A stretch of 49,417 bases of DNA from Thermoproteota archaeon (GTDB lineage: Archaea > Korarchaeota > Korarchaeia > Korarchaeales > JAOZGB01), in NCBI GenBank assembly GCA_037917685.1, contig JAVCBU010000002.1, positions 1 to 49,417 on the forward strand. The letters run 5' to 3'. Both the position numbers and the translations under genes were made by a program. Shown here in pieces: positions 1-9,783 of the stretch. Within the stretch, counting starts at the first letter, position 1. The number at the start of each line of letters is the position of its first letter. Under the pieces are notes generated by a model. The model saw only the letters and a list, made by a program, of their open reading frames with translations, was not told the DNA's origin and did not search any database.

Positions 1-54
1 ATGTAGGATGTAAGATTGGATGCCGGAGTCTGAGAAATTTTATTATAGTCACCT

Positions 55-2052
55 ATGAGGATTGACATAATGGAGGCACGTAGCGAACGGTCTTCAAGTA
101 TAGGTCTAGTCTTGATCCTAATGCCACTAGTAATTGGGATCTCATACTTCCAGGGATTGAAAGCTTACCTCTCATGGCTCTACAAGCTTATATGGGACCT
201 CGGCGAGTGGGGTGCTCCAGGCGGCTCACCGCTCATGCTTCTAACGGTTCTCGCCTTCGCCTCGCCATTAATTGCGGTGGTGATAGGAAGGAGAGTATCC
301 ACTACCAGGGTTCTCTCGGTGCTTCTACTCTTTATTTCAGTATTCACAGTTATAATAGGATTTAACCTGCCTGCGTGGGCTGAAATGCTAACATCCTCGC
401 TTATCGTAGGCCTCTTTGGAATTTTACTTCCATACACTGCAGAATTTTTCTCTGGGGTAAGAAATGGGGCGAGGATTCTAGCCATGGGGTTTTTGTTGGC
501 CGTATCTTATGAGCTTTCCATCCACGTTCTCGGAGTAACCTATGGACCAACGCTAAATCCCAGGCTCCTACCGGTACAAGTTGTAATCTCAACTGTTGCT
601 GCATACCTTTCATTCCGGATTAGAAGGTTCCCCTATAATGCAGGGGATATCCCAGCTGTAAAAGTATCCAGCCTAAGGTATGTTCTAACCTTTTCAGGCC
701 TATGGATTATACTATTTCTTCAATTCACCATATTTGGCAGTCCAAGCTTTCTACTTAGACTTTCACACGTTAGCCCGGGCTATCTTGGTATACCATTGCT
801 ATCATTTCTCCTGGTGGCTGCGGTCTCCATGTCTGTAATGTTTCCGGTCATCGAGAACCGGCCTCTCGTGACAGTTGGATGCCTGATTATAGTCGTAGCC
901 ATTCTATCCATATTCTACGTTCACGGGGTGTGCTCGCTGGCACCATTTATTATTGGCCAGTTCTTCATAGCCCTTAACATGTATATGCTTGTCTGGTATG
1001 CAGTAACACATAAGCCTTCAGGTGGTAAGAGGAGGGCTGTCTCAGCAGCATGCATACTGGGAAACATGCTTCTATTTCTATGGACAGTAATGTACACCTT
1101 CACGTTTGTATATGCCTTCCTACCGGCAGCATCCCCGTTCAGGGGGAAACTGCTAATAGTCATGGTTCCAGCCTCAATTATAGCCTCTATACCCGTCCTG
1201 GCGGTTTCAAAGGGGAGACAGGCGTCGGTGAAACTTGGCATAGGGAACAGAGTACTCCTAGTGTTAGCTATTCCTCTGCTAGTACTTGGAATATCAGCTC
1301 CCATGTACAGGGTAAGCCCCGTACCTTCAGGCGGGGAAGGAATAAGGGTTATGACCTATAATATCCATGAAGGATTCAACGTAGATGGTAGGCTGTGCAT
1401 GGAGGCCATAGCAGAGACTATAATGGAATTCAACCCTGACATTCTCGTCCTCCAAGAGGTCGACCAAGGTTGCGCCATGACAGCATATCTTGACGAAGCA
1501 GTCTGGCTAGGCAAAAGACTTAACATGTTCCTGGTATATGTGCCAGCCCTCGAGGGAGTATGGCAGGGAGACATAATCTTAAGTAAATACCCTGTCTCAG
1601 AGTTTAACTACACCCTTCTGGAAAGCCCGGCTGAGACCGATGTCCTTCTCTGGGCGACATTGGATGTGGACGGGCGAAGCCTGACAGTTTTTGCAGTTCA
1701 CTTTACAGCTGTTGACGCTGAAAATAGGAGGGTACAAGTAGAGAAAGCCGTAAAGATGGTGGAGGCAGCCAGCACCCCCCTCGTATGGGCTGGAGACTTC
1801 AACATAGATGCCTATACAGAAAACCCCATAGACAGGGAGAACCTCGCCAGAATCCTCTCAGTTGTGCAAGACACCTTCAGCCTATGCCCCCCTGATAGAA
1901 GGCATGGAGACTACACGTCCAGTTCATGGAACCCTCACGAGAGGATAGATTACATCTTCGTATCAGAGGGATTCAAAGTTCTAAGCCACGGAACAATATA
2001 CTCCCTAGCTTCAGACCATCTCCCTGTGTACGCTGAAATAGTGGCCCCATAA
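55..2052 (+). CDS. Polytopic membrane protein with C-terminal endonuclease/exonuclease/phosphatase (EEP) domain, Cwh43/PGAP2IP-like
   Basis: About 420 aa of consecutive hydrophobic helices, then the EEP motifs MTYNIH, LQEVD, GDFN, IDYI and SDH. Confidence 0.85.
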   Translation: MRIDIMEARSERSSSIGLVLILMPLVIGISYFQGLKAYLSWLYKLIWDLGEWGAPGGSPLMLLTVLAFASPLIAVVIGRRVSTTRVLSVLLLFISVFTVIIGFNLPAWAEMLTSSLIVGLFGILLPYTAEFFSGVRNGARILAMGFLLAVSYELSIHVLGVTYGPTLNPRLLPVQVVISTVAAYLSFRIRRFPYNAGDIPAVKVSSLRYVLTFSGLWIILFLQFTIFGSPSFLLRLSHVSPGYLGIPLLSFLLVAAVSMSVMFPVIENRPLVTVGCLIIVVAILSIFYVHGVCSLAPFIIGQFFIALNMYMLVWYAVTHKPSGGKRRAVSAACILGNMLLFLWTVMYTFTFVYAFLPAASPFRGKLLIVMVPASIIASIPVLAVSKGRQASVKLGIGNRVLLVLAIPLLVLGISAPMYRVSPVPSGGEGIRVMTYNIHEGFNVDGRLCMEAIAETIMEFNPDILVLQEVDQGCAMTAYLDEAVWLGKRLNMFLVYVPALEGVWQGDIILSKYPVSEFNYTLLESPAETDVLLWATLDVDGRSLTVFAVHFTAVDAENRRVQVEKAVKMVEAASTPLVWAGDFNIDAYTENPIDRENLARILSVVQDTFSLCPPDRRHGDYTSSSWNPHERIDYIFVSEGFKVLSHGTIYSLASDHLPVYAEIVAP

Positions 2053-2109
2053 AGCAAAGAACCATTACACCAAGGTTTTAGCATGTCCCCGGTTAACAAC
2101 GATCCATAG

Positions 2110-2124
2110 GCGGGTGAAACCCGC
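2110..2124. terminator. Short hairpin between convergent genes
   Basis: GCGGGT-GAA-ACCCGC, a perfect 6-bp stem at the junction of two convergent ORFs. Confidence 0.35.
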
Positions 2125-3056
2125 TAATAGTTAGCCAGAACTCTCATAGCGTTCAAGAAGAGTATCTTCCTTTTTTCCCTCTCCTCTAGGATTTTCGAGT
2201 CTAACACATGGTTTACAGAATCCCTCATGCTTACTCCACTTATCACTGGATAGTCTGAGCCGAACAGGATTCTATCCATGGCCCCCGCCTCTCTAAGCCT
2301 GCTGACGGCTTCAACATCATGAAACAGATATGTTACTGCCGATGTGTCAAGCCACACGTTGTCGTATGTAGACGCTATCTCTACCGCCTCGTTAAACCAT
2401 ATTTTCGGTAATAGTGCACTGTAGGATCCTGAATGGGCGAGTATAAACTCTACGTCCTTGTATTTTTTTATGAGCGGCTCTATCAGCCTGGGCCTTGAGA
2501 ACTCGGAGATCTGAGGCCTTTCCCATATTCCCGGGTCGCACCCGGTGTGAAACATCAAAATTTTCCCTTCTTTACAGCAGAATTCACATATCTTTTTAAC
2601 CCCCTTACTCTTAGAAGGGTTAAAGAACTGCAGGGTGGGGTAAAGCTTCACGCCTATAAAACCCCCGTCTTTAAGCTCTTTCAAAGCTTCCTTGACATAC
2701 CTGGAGCCCTTTGAAACATTCACAGACCCCATTCCGTAGAACCTTGTAGGATACTCTCCTACGAGGCGGGAAACAACCTCATTATCTATCCTTGCCTTTT
2801 CAAGAAGTAAAGCCATGTGCTTCCTAACCCTTTCGGTATCCCAAATACAGAGGTCAAAAAGCATGTTCTCTATGAATGGCCAGATATCTCTTCTCCCAAC
2901 ATCTTTGGGGTCAACATCTATGGCTATCAGAACTCCCTTACTGACCCCCGCCTCATTCATCTCTCTGAGAATATCCTTCACACTTGCAAAATTCAGAAGT
3001 GGATGTATGTGGAAGTCTATAATATCCATAGCCCCAGTCTCTCCAGTTAGGAGCAT
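2124..3056 (-). CDS. Amidohydrolase family protein (Amidohydro_2 type); start may be at 3029
   Basis: IDFHIH metal motif, GVKLYP, FHTG, ILAH, LDTS and FGSDYP. Confidence 0.9.
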   Translation of the reverse strand: MLLTGETGAMDIIDFHIHPLLNFASVKDILREMNEAGVSKGVLIAIDVDPKDVGRRDIWPFIENMLFDLCIWDTERVRKHMALLLEKARIDNEVVSRLVGEYPTRFYGMGSVNVSKGSRYVKEALKELKDGGFIGVKLYPTLQFFNPSKSKGVKKICEFCCKEGKILMFHTGCDPGIWERPQISEFSRPRLIEPLIKKYKDVEFILAHSGSYSALLPKIWFNEAVEIASTYDNVWLDTSAVTYLFHDVEAVSRLREAGAMDRILFGSDYPVISGVSMRDSVNHVLDSKILEEREKRKILFLNAMRVLANY

Positions 3057-3233
3057 CTTAAAGGCAACATATAAAGCTTTAGAAGTGTTTGACTACCCGC
3101 CACTTAAAACATCGTACTTAAATAACCAATACCTTATGAAACATCGCATTTACATCGTTTCTTGCCCATTACGATTCGTCAGGTTTCAGGTTAAAATTTT
3201 AAAGAAAATGTGGATTTTCCCGGTGGTGGCTCC

Positions 3234-4019
3234 ATGGATATTATCGTTTGCGTTAAGCGTGTACCAGACGTCGCGGAGGCTGAGCTTGAAATAGATGAAA
3301 CACAGAAGGATATCAGGAAGGAGGGTCTAGCGTTTGACATAAATGAATGGGACAACTACGCAGTCGAGGAAGCCCTCCTGATCAAGGAGAACTACGGCGG
3401 CAATGTAACAGTAATTACGGTTGGACCAGAATCTTCAAATGAGGTTTTAAGAAAGTGTCTTGCTAAAGGGGCAGATGAAGCAATCCGCATCGACGATGGC
3501 GGGCTCAAAGGATATGATTCATACGCAGTTGCAAGGATGCTGTATCTAGCTATAAGAGATTTGGATTATGACCTTATTCTAACGGGGGCTATGTCAGGTG
3601 ACCTGGCATATTCGGTGACTGGGCCTGCACTGGCCCAGATGCTTGGAATACCGTATGCTACCCTTGTCAAGAAGGTTGAGTTGCAGAACGGCAGGCTTCT
3701 GGTGAACAGGGAGGTTGAGGGCGGGGTTGAAGAGGTCTTAGAACTAGAGCTCCCAGCCCTGCTTACCATCCAGACAGGGATAAATGAACCCAGGTATGTG
3801 TCGATAATGGGTATAAGGAGGGCTGCTAAAAAACAGATTCAGGTTAAAACCCTTGAGGATCTTGGCCTAGACAGGGAGAAAGCCTTGGAAGAGTCGTGGG
3901 TGAGGATAGAGAAGATGTATATACCAGTCATAAAGGCTGAAACTGAGTTTATCAGCGGAAGCCCTGAAGATGTAGCTTCAAAAATAGTTGGAATCCTCAG
4001 GGAGAGGGGGTTAGTATGA
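3234..4019 (+). CDS. etfB: Electron transfer flavoprotein beta subunit
   Basis: IIVCVKRVPD, INEWDNYAVEEA, REVEGG and INEPRY; GGTGG RBS before the ATG at 3234. Confidence 0.95.
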   Translation: MDIIVCVKRVPDVAEAELEIDETQKDIRKEGLAFDINEWDNYAVEEALLIKENYGGNVTVITVGPESSNEVLRKCLAKGADEAIRIDDGGLKGYDSYAVARMLYLAIRDLDYDLILTGAMSGDLAYSVTGPALAQMLGIPYATLVKKVELQNGRLLVNREVEGGVEEVLELELPALLTIQTGINEPRYVSIMGIRRAAKKQIQVKTLEDLGLDREKALEESWVRIEKMYIPVIKAETEFISGSPEDVASKIVGILRERGLV

Positions 4020-4996
4020 CCAGGATATTAGTGCTGGCCGAGCATAGGATGGGCGAGCTTAGAGACGTCAGTTTTGAACTCATAGGCTTCGCAAGACATA
4101 TAGAAGGACTGGAGAACCCCCAGGTTTCATGCCTCATAATCGGGTCAGATGTTAAAGGATACGCGGAGAAACTTGCAGAATACGCCGATAAGGTTATAAC
4201 AGTCCAAGATGAGAGTCTTCAAGGTTTCAACTCAGAATTCTACACTGCAGCCTTAAAACAGGTTATAGAGAGGGAGAAGCCCTTCCTTACACTAATAGGC
4301 CACACAGCTGTTGGCATGGAGCTAGCCCCGTGGACCGCTTCCAGCCTTGGAGTCCCACTTGCAACTGACTGTATTGGTGTAAAGTTTGAAGACGGCAAAA
4401 TAAAGGTGACCCGGCAGGTATACAGCGGAAAAATCAACATGGAAGCAACTTTGAAAGAGGCTGAATCCTACATTTTAACAATAAGACCTGGAACCTTCCC
4501 TGCTGAGGAGGTTGAACCTGTTAAAGGCACCGTGGAAGAGTTTAAGCTGGAACTGGGAGAAGCTAAACGGAAGAAATTCGTAAAATATGTAGAGCCGCCG
4601 AAGGGAGAAGTTGACATAGAAAAAGCCGAAGTTATAGTTGCAATAGGCCGCCCGGTAAGAGAGCCTGAACAACTGTCAGTTTTCGAAGAGCTCGCAAAGG
4701 CCCTAGGAGGCGTACTCGCATGCTCAAGACCCGTTGCCGACAAAGGCCTCCTACCTAAAGACAGGCAGGTCGGTAGTTCAGGCAAAACAGTCAAGCCTAA
4801 ACTATACCTGGCAATGGGTATAAGCGGCGCATTCCAGCATATACTCGGGATGAAAAATGCGAAACTTATAATTGCAGTTAATAAAGATCCTAAAGCACCA
4901 ATATTCAACGTTGCACATTACGGCATCGTCCAAGACATGTATAAGATGGCACCAGTGCTTAAAGAAGAGATTCAGAAGCTCAAACAGCAAGCATGA
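4016..4996 (+). CDS. etfA: Electron transfer flavoprotein alpha subunit
   Basis: ACSRP, QVGSSGKTV, GISGAFQH and AVNKDPKAPIF; ATGA-type 4-bp overlap with etfB. Confidence 0.95.
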   Translation: MTRILVLAEHRMGELRDVSFELIGFARHIEGLENPQVSCLIIGSDVKGYAEKLAEYADKVITVQDESLQGFNSEFYTAALKQVIEREKPFLTLIGHTAVGMELAPWTASSLGVPLATDCIGVKFEDGKIKVTRQVYSGKINMEATLKEAESYILTIRPGTFPAEEVEPVKGTVEEFKLELGEAKRKKFVKYVEPPKGEVDIEKAEVIVAIGRPVREPEQLSVFEELAKALGGVLACSRPVADKGLLPKDRQVGSSGKTVKPKLYLAMGISGAFQHILGMKNAKLIIAVNKDPKAPIFNVAHYGIVQDMYKMAPVLKEEIQKLKQQA

Positions 4997-5045
4997 GATC
5001 TACGCCTAACAGGGAAAGCCAAATTCATGAATTGGCGGTGATGGA

Positions 5046-6362
5046 TTGAAGCCTGTGCTCGTCATTGGCGGTGGGATATCAGGGATTCAGGCAGCATTAG
5101 ATCTTGCAGATCAAGGGGTAAAAGTATACCTTGTGGAAAGGTCGCCAAGCATAGGGGGAAGGATGGCTCAGATCGACAAGACCTTTCCAACACTTGACTG
5201 CGCCTCCTGCATCCTGACACCGAAAATGGTCTCTGTAGGAAGCCACAAAAACATAGAGCTATTAACCTACTCCGAGGTCAAAGAGATAAAGGGTCACGGA
5301 GGAAACTTTACTGTTAAAATCCTTAAAAAACCGAGGTACGTAGACATCGATAAGTGCACAGGGTGCGGAGAGTGCACCGTAAAATGTCCAAGCAAGGTTC
5401 CAGACGAGTACAATCTAAACATGAGCCTCAGAAAGGCGATATACATCCCGTTCCCCCAGGCAGTTCCTAGGAAGGCTGTTATCGACGCTGAACACTGTAT
5501 ACGGCTAAACCCACCTGAAAGACTCGCTGAAAGGGCGAGGGAAAGACCTTTGTGCGGAGTGTGCATGACGGTATGCCCGGCGAAAGCCGTAGACTTCAAC
5601 CAAAAACCTGAAACCCTAGAGGTGAACGTTGCATCAATAATAGTGGCGACAGGCCTAACGCTTGAGGACCCCTCGAGAAGGCCGGAGTACGGCTATGGGA
5701 GATACGCAAATGTCTATACACATCTAGAGTTTGAAAGGCTGCTATCCTCTACGGGGCCTACCGGAGGTGAAATCGTGAGAAGATCAGATGGGAAACACCC
5801 TAGAAGTATAGCTTTCATTCAGTGTGTGTGCTCGAGAGACGTTCAAACGAACAAGTACTGCAGTGCAATATGCTGTATGGCATCGACAAAGCAAGCAATA
5901 CTGGCGAAGGAGCACCTGCCAGATGTTGAGTGCACAATCTTCTATATGGACGTTAGAAGCTATGGAAAGGGATACCAGGAATTCGTAGAGAGGGCGAAAA
6001 GAGAGTTCAACATAAGGTATGTTAGGGGAAGGCCGGGGGAGATAGAGGAGGATCCCGGGACGAAAAACCTCATAGTGAGATATGAAAACACAATGAAGGG
6101 ATCCCTGGAGAAGCTAGAGGTGGAGATGGTAGTGCTGGCGGTGGGAGTTAAACCCGTAATCCCAGACATAGGTTTAGAGCTTGACGATGACGGATTTGTA
6201 AAGCTTGTAAAACCCTACTTCGACCCTACTGGTACAAGTATAGATGGCATTTACGTCTGCGGCGTTGCAGCGGGCGCAAAAGATATACCTGACTCAGTAA
6301 CACAGGCTGGAGTGGCAGCGGTTAAAGCCTCAATCCTGGCAGCAGGTGTCAAGGATGAGTGA
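5046..6362 (+). CDS. hdrA: Short HdrA-like FAD/Fe-S flavoprotein lacking the N-terminal and C-terminal Fe-S domains (QmoA-like size)
   Basis: VIGGGISG, GGRMAQIDKTFPTLDCASC, an inserted 2x[4Fe-4S] domain (CTGCGEC...CP, CGVCMTVCP), LEFERL, CVCSR and CSAICCM. Confidence 0.93.
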   Translation: MKPVLVIGGGISGIQAALDLADQGVKVYLVERSPSIGGRMAQIDKTFPTLDCASCILTPKMVSVGSHKNIELLTYSEVKEIKGHGGNFTVKILKKPRYVDIDKCTGCGECTVKCPSKVPDEYNLNMSLRKAIYIPFPQAVPRKAVIDAEHCIRLNPPERLAERARERPLCGVCMTVCPAKAVDFNQKPETLEVNVASIIVATGLTLEDPSRRPEYGYGRYANVYTHLEFERLLSSTGPTGGEIVRRSDGKHPRSIAFIQCVCSRDVQTNKYCSAICCMASTKQAILAKEHLPDVECTIFYMDVRSYGKGYQEFVERAKREFNIRYVRGRPGEIEEDPGTKNLIVRYENTMKGSLEKLEVEMVVLAVGVKPVIPDIGLELDDDGFVKLVKPYFDPTGTSIDGIYVCGVAAGAKDIPDSVTQAGVAAVKASILAAGVKDE

Positions 6363-8706
6363 GAAGCCCAGGATCGGAGTTTACGTGTGCCACTGTGGGC
6401 TAAACATAGCTGGCATCGTAGATGTAAAAGAAGTGGTGAAAGACGCCCTAAGCCTGGAGGACGTTGTTGTGGCAAGGGACTACATATTCATGTGCTCCGA
6501 CCCAGGCCAGGAGATGATTAAAAGGGACATATCTGAGAAAGGCTTGAACAGGATTGTGGTTGCAGCCTGTTCTCCATCAATGCATGAAACCACGTTTAGA
6601 CGGGTCCTAAGGGAGGCAGGGCTAAACCCATACCTCCTTGAGATAGCAAACATCAGAGAATGCTGCTCATGGGTTCACGACGATAAACATGCGGCAACAG
6701 AGAAAGCAAAGGACCTTGTAAGGATGTCAGTTGCAAAAGCTAGGCTCCTAGAGCCCCTAGAGGATATTGTTATGGACGTTAAACCCTCAGTCCTCGTACT
6801 TGGCGGCGGAGTATCAGGGATAACCGCAGCCCTGAACACGGCCAACCGAGGGTTCGACGTCTACCTTGTTGAAAAGTCTCCAACCCTAGGTGGAAATGCG
6901 GCGAGAGTAGGTTACCTTGTGGGCAAGGAGAGCAGAGGAATAGACGTTGTGAGGAAGCTAGTGGAAGTCGTAAAATCAAATCCGAGAATCCACGTATTTA
7001 CAAATTCAAAGCTTGAGTCCCTTGACGGTGCAGTTGGAAACTTTACAGCCCTGATAAAGGTAAGCCCACGATATGTTACAGGCGACTGCACCCTATGCGG
7101 AAAGTGCGCCGAGGTCTGCCCTGTAGAGGTTGAAAACGAGTACGAATATGGCCTTAACATGAGAAAGGCGATATATCTACCTTTCAAAGGAGCATACCCA
7201 GAGGCTTACGTAATAGATGGAGACGCGTGTACGATGTGCGGTAAATGCGTAGAGGTATGCCAGGCCAAGGCAATAGACCTCAAACAAGAGGCGTCTGAGA
7301 TAAAAGTGGAGGTTGGAGCTGTGATACTGGCAACAGGCTATAGCCCATATGAGCCTGCCCTGGCAGAGTACGGCTACAAGAAAGACAGCAGGGTTGTAAC
7401 ACTGTTCCAGCTTGAGAGAATGCTCGACGAAGAAGGGCCCACAGGCGGGGAGCTAAAGATAGGCGGAGAAGTACCCCGAAGAATAGCGTTTATCATGTGC
7501 GTCGGCTCCATGGGGACAACGGAGAAAGCAGCGGATTACTGTTCAAGAATGTGCTGTGGATCAGCCATTAGAAACATAGTTAGGATCAAAGAGAAATATC
7601 CAAAATCAGACATTTACGTTTTCTTCTGGAACATAGTAACCTACGAGAAGGGAGGGGAAGACCTCTACATCAAGGCATCCGAGCAGGGAGTAAAATTTGT
7701 CAGAGTGGAGGACCCGCCCAAGGTAAGCATGGAAGGAGGACTCACCGTAGAGGCCTACGACGTAACAATTCAGGAGAACCTCAAGGTACCGATAGATCTC
7801 CTGGTCCTTGTGAACGGCATGACCCCTCCAAGAGACCTAAAGGAGGTTTGCACGGTTACAAAGGCCAGCATCGGCCCGGATGGCTTCCTTAGAGAAGCAC
7901 ATCTTAAACTCAGACCTGTGGAGTCGCCTACAGACGGGGTGTTCCTGGCAGGCGCCGCTACAGGGCCGAAAAACATTATTGAAAGCATGACCGCAGGCGG
8001 GGCAGCCGCTTCAAAAGCGGCGTCACTACTGGCAACCGGGAAAGTAACTGTTGAACCTACCATCGCAACAGTTTCAGAGGAAGTATGCAGTGGATGCGGT
8101 ACATGCGTAAATGTTTGCTCGTTCAACGCAGTAGAGCTGGTTGTGAAGAATGGTAGGAGGATCTCCCATGTCGAAAGCCTTATGTGCAAGGGCTGCGGAG
8201 CCTGCGTTGCAGCATGCCCCTCAGGGGCAATGCAACAGCAGAAGTATACTGACCCCCAGCTCCTTGCAGAGGTTGATGTCCTAGAAGAACCCACGTACAA
8301 GCCTCTAATTCTAAGCTTCCTTTGCAGGTGGTGTGCATCCGCAGCAGCCGATCTAGCTGGAACCCTGCGAATCAAGTATCCGCCCTCGATACGGCCGGTA
8401 AGAGTTAACTGCTCAAGCAGGGTGGACCCTGCATACATTGTTAGGGCTCTCCTAGACGGTGTGGACGGAGTGCTTGTGGGAGCATGCCATCCGGGAGACT
8501 GCCACTACCTTGAAGGTAATCTGAAAGCTAGGCGTAGGATGGCTGTGATTAAAAACACACTTAAAACTCTTGGTTTAGAGCCTGAAAGGGTTAGATTTGA
8601 GTATATAAGCGCTTCAGAAGGTTCGAAATTCGCCAAGGTTGTTGAAGAGTTTACCGAGCAAATACGGAAACTTGGCCCTAACCCCATAGGAGGTGGTGAT
8701 ATTTGA
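6355..8706 (+). CDS. hdrA: HdrA-MvhD fusion protein (QmoB-like architecture)
   Basis: N-terminal CHCG...CS...ACSP...RECC domain, FAD motif GGGVSG, two ferredoxin domains and a C-terminal MvhD domain (FLCRWC, VNCSSRV, CHPGDCHY). Confidence 0.93.
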   Translation: MSEKPRIGVYVCHCGLNIAGIVDVKEVVKDALSLEDVVVARDYIFMCSDPGQEMIKRDISEKGLNRIVVAACSPSMHETTFRRVLREAGLNPYLLEIANIRECCSWVHDDKHAATEKAKDLVRMSVAKARLLEPLEDIVMDVKPSVLVLGGGVSGITAALNTANRGFDVYLVEKSPTLGGNAARVGYLVGKESRGIDVVRKLVEVVKSNPRIHVFTNSKLESLDGAVGNFTALIKVSPRYVTGDCTLCGKCAEVCPVEVENEYEYGLNMRKAIYLPFKGAYPEAYVIDGDACTMCGKCVEVCQAKAIDLKQEASEIKVEVGAVILATGYSPYEPALAEYGYKKDSRVVTLFQLERMLDEEGPTGGELKIGGEVPRRIAFIMCVGSMGTTEKAADYCSRMCCGSAIRNIVRIKEKYPKSDIYVFFWNIVTYEKGGEDLYIKASEQGVKFVRVEDPPKVSMEGGLTVEAYDVTIQENLKVPIDLLVLVNGMTPPRDLKEVCTVTKASIGPDGFLREAHLKLRPVESPTDGVFLAGAATGPKNIIESMTAGGAAASKAASLLATGKVTVEPTIATVSEEVCSGCGTCVNVCSFNAVELVVKNGRRISHVESLMCKGCGACVAACPSGAMQQQKYTDPQLLAEVDVLEEPTYKPLILSFLCRWCASAAADLAGTLRIKYPPSIRPVRVNCSSRVDPAYIVRALLDGVDGVLVGACHPGDCHYLEGNLKARRRMAVIKNTLKTLGLEPERVRFEYISASEGSKFAKVVEEFTEQIRKLGPNPIGGGDI

Positions 8707-9782
8707 AGAGAATACTTGTACCTGGAAGTGTTGATTCAGCCCTGAAAAACCTACTCTCTCAAATCCTTGACAGGGAGAGAGTAGACTACGTGCTATGTCT
8801 ATCACCTCAGGGTGAAGGCTTCACGATAAAACTCTACGGTAAAAATGAAGAGCTAGATATTGCACCTTTCGCCCCTGTCATCCCAGGCGTACCAATTCCC
8901 AAGATGCTTACTTGGGCTTCAAACCCGAAGGCTAGGGCGAAAGTACTGGCAATAGTTAAGCCGTGCATGGCCCGTGCGCTTGTGGAACTTGTGAAGTTTC
9001 AGCAGGTGGACCGGGAAAAAATTCTGATAGCCTCCGTTGACTGTCTAGGTACCATAGACGTTGAAAAATACAGGGAGCTGGCAGAGTCAGGTATGGAGAG
9101 GGGTAAAATAATAGAGAGATACAGGGGGGTAGAGATGCATGAAGACTATAGGGAAGCCTGCAAGATTTGCTTAAACCCTGTCCCACCATACTTTGACGTA
9201 CATTTCTCACCTTCCAGGGATGGACTATACGTGTACTTGGGCAGTGAGGAGGGCCTAAGCCTCATAAAGGACCTAGGCTATAAGCTAGGCGAAGGAGACC
9301 CATATGAACCCTTCAGAAGCCTATTAGAAGATAGAAGGAAGAATAGGAAACAATACCTCGATAACGTATCCTTTAATGGACTTGAAGATCTGGAGAAGTT
9401 GTTCGAGGAGTGTATAGGCTGCCACAACTGTATGGAGGCATGCCCCATATGTTTCTGTAAGGAATGCTTCTACGACTCTCCCCGGTATGACTACATCACC
9501 AGGAAATTCCTGGGTTGGAAGCCGGACTCTGGCACCGTTCATCTATTGGAGTCTAAAATACAGTTCCATATTGGTAGGGCTCTCCATATGTCAACTTCAT
9601 GCATCCAGTGCGGCCTTTGCGAACAGGCATGCCCAAACGACGTAAACCTGACAAGACTCTTCATATTGCTCTCGGAGAGCAACCAGGCACTATTCAACTA
9701 CCAGGCAGGGCGTAGCCTGGAGGAAGAGCCTCCGCTAACAACGTTCCAGACCGATGAGCTGGAAATGTTCGTAGGTGGTTAA
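8703..9782 (+). CDS. FdhB/FrhB-like (F420 dehydrogenase beta subunit-like) iron-sulfur protein
   Basis: KPCMARALVEL...DCLGT, REACKIC, CIGCHNCMEACPICFCKEC and CIQCGLCEQACP. Confidence 0.85.
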   Translation: MKRILVPGSVDSALKNLLSQILDRERVDYVLCLSPQGEGFTIKLYGKNEELDIAPFAPVIPGVPIPKMLTWASNPKARAKVLAIVKPCMARALVELVKFQQVDREKILIASVDCLGTIDVEKYRELAESGMERGKIIERYRGVEMHEDYREACKICLNPVPPYFDVHFSPSRDGLYVYLGSEEGLSLIKDLGYKLGEGDPYEPFRSLLEDRRKNRKQYLDNVSFNGLEDLEKLFEECIGCHNCMEACPICFCKECFYDSPRYDYITRKFLGWKPDSGTVHLLESKIQFHIGRALHMSTSCIQCGLCEQACPNDVNLTRLFILLSESNQALFNYQAGRSLEEEPPLTTFQTDELEMFVGG

Positions 9783-9783
9783 T

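Noticed and set aside
7770-8438. Long antisense ORFs (e.g. 7770-8438, 18925-19425, 26669-27163, 39054-39551, 2815-3294)
   Set aside because: Shadows of well-supported genes on the opposite strand, with no recognisable motifs
5046-9782. Selenocysteine recoding in HdrA or MvhD
   Set aside because: The positions that can be Sec are ordinary Cys codons and the ORFs have no in-frame TGA
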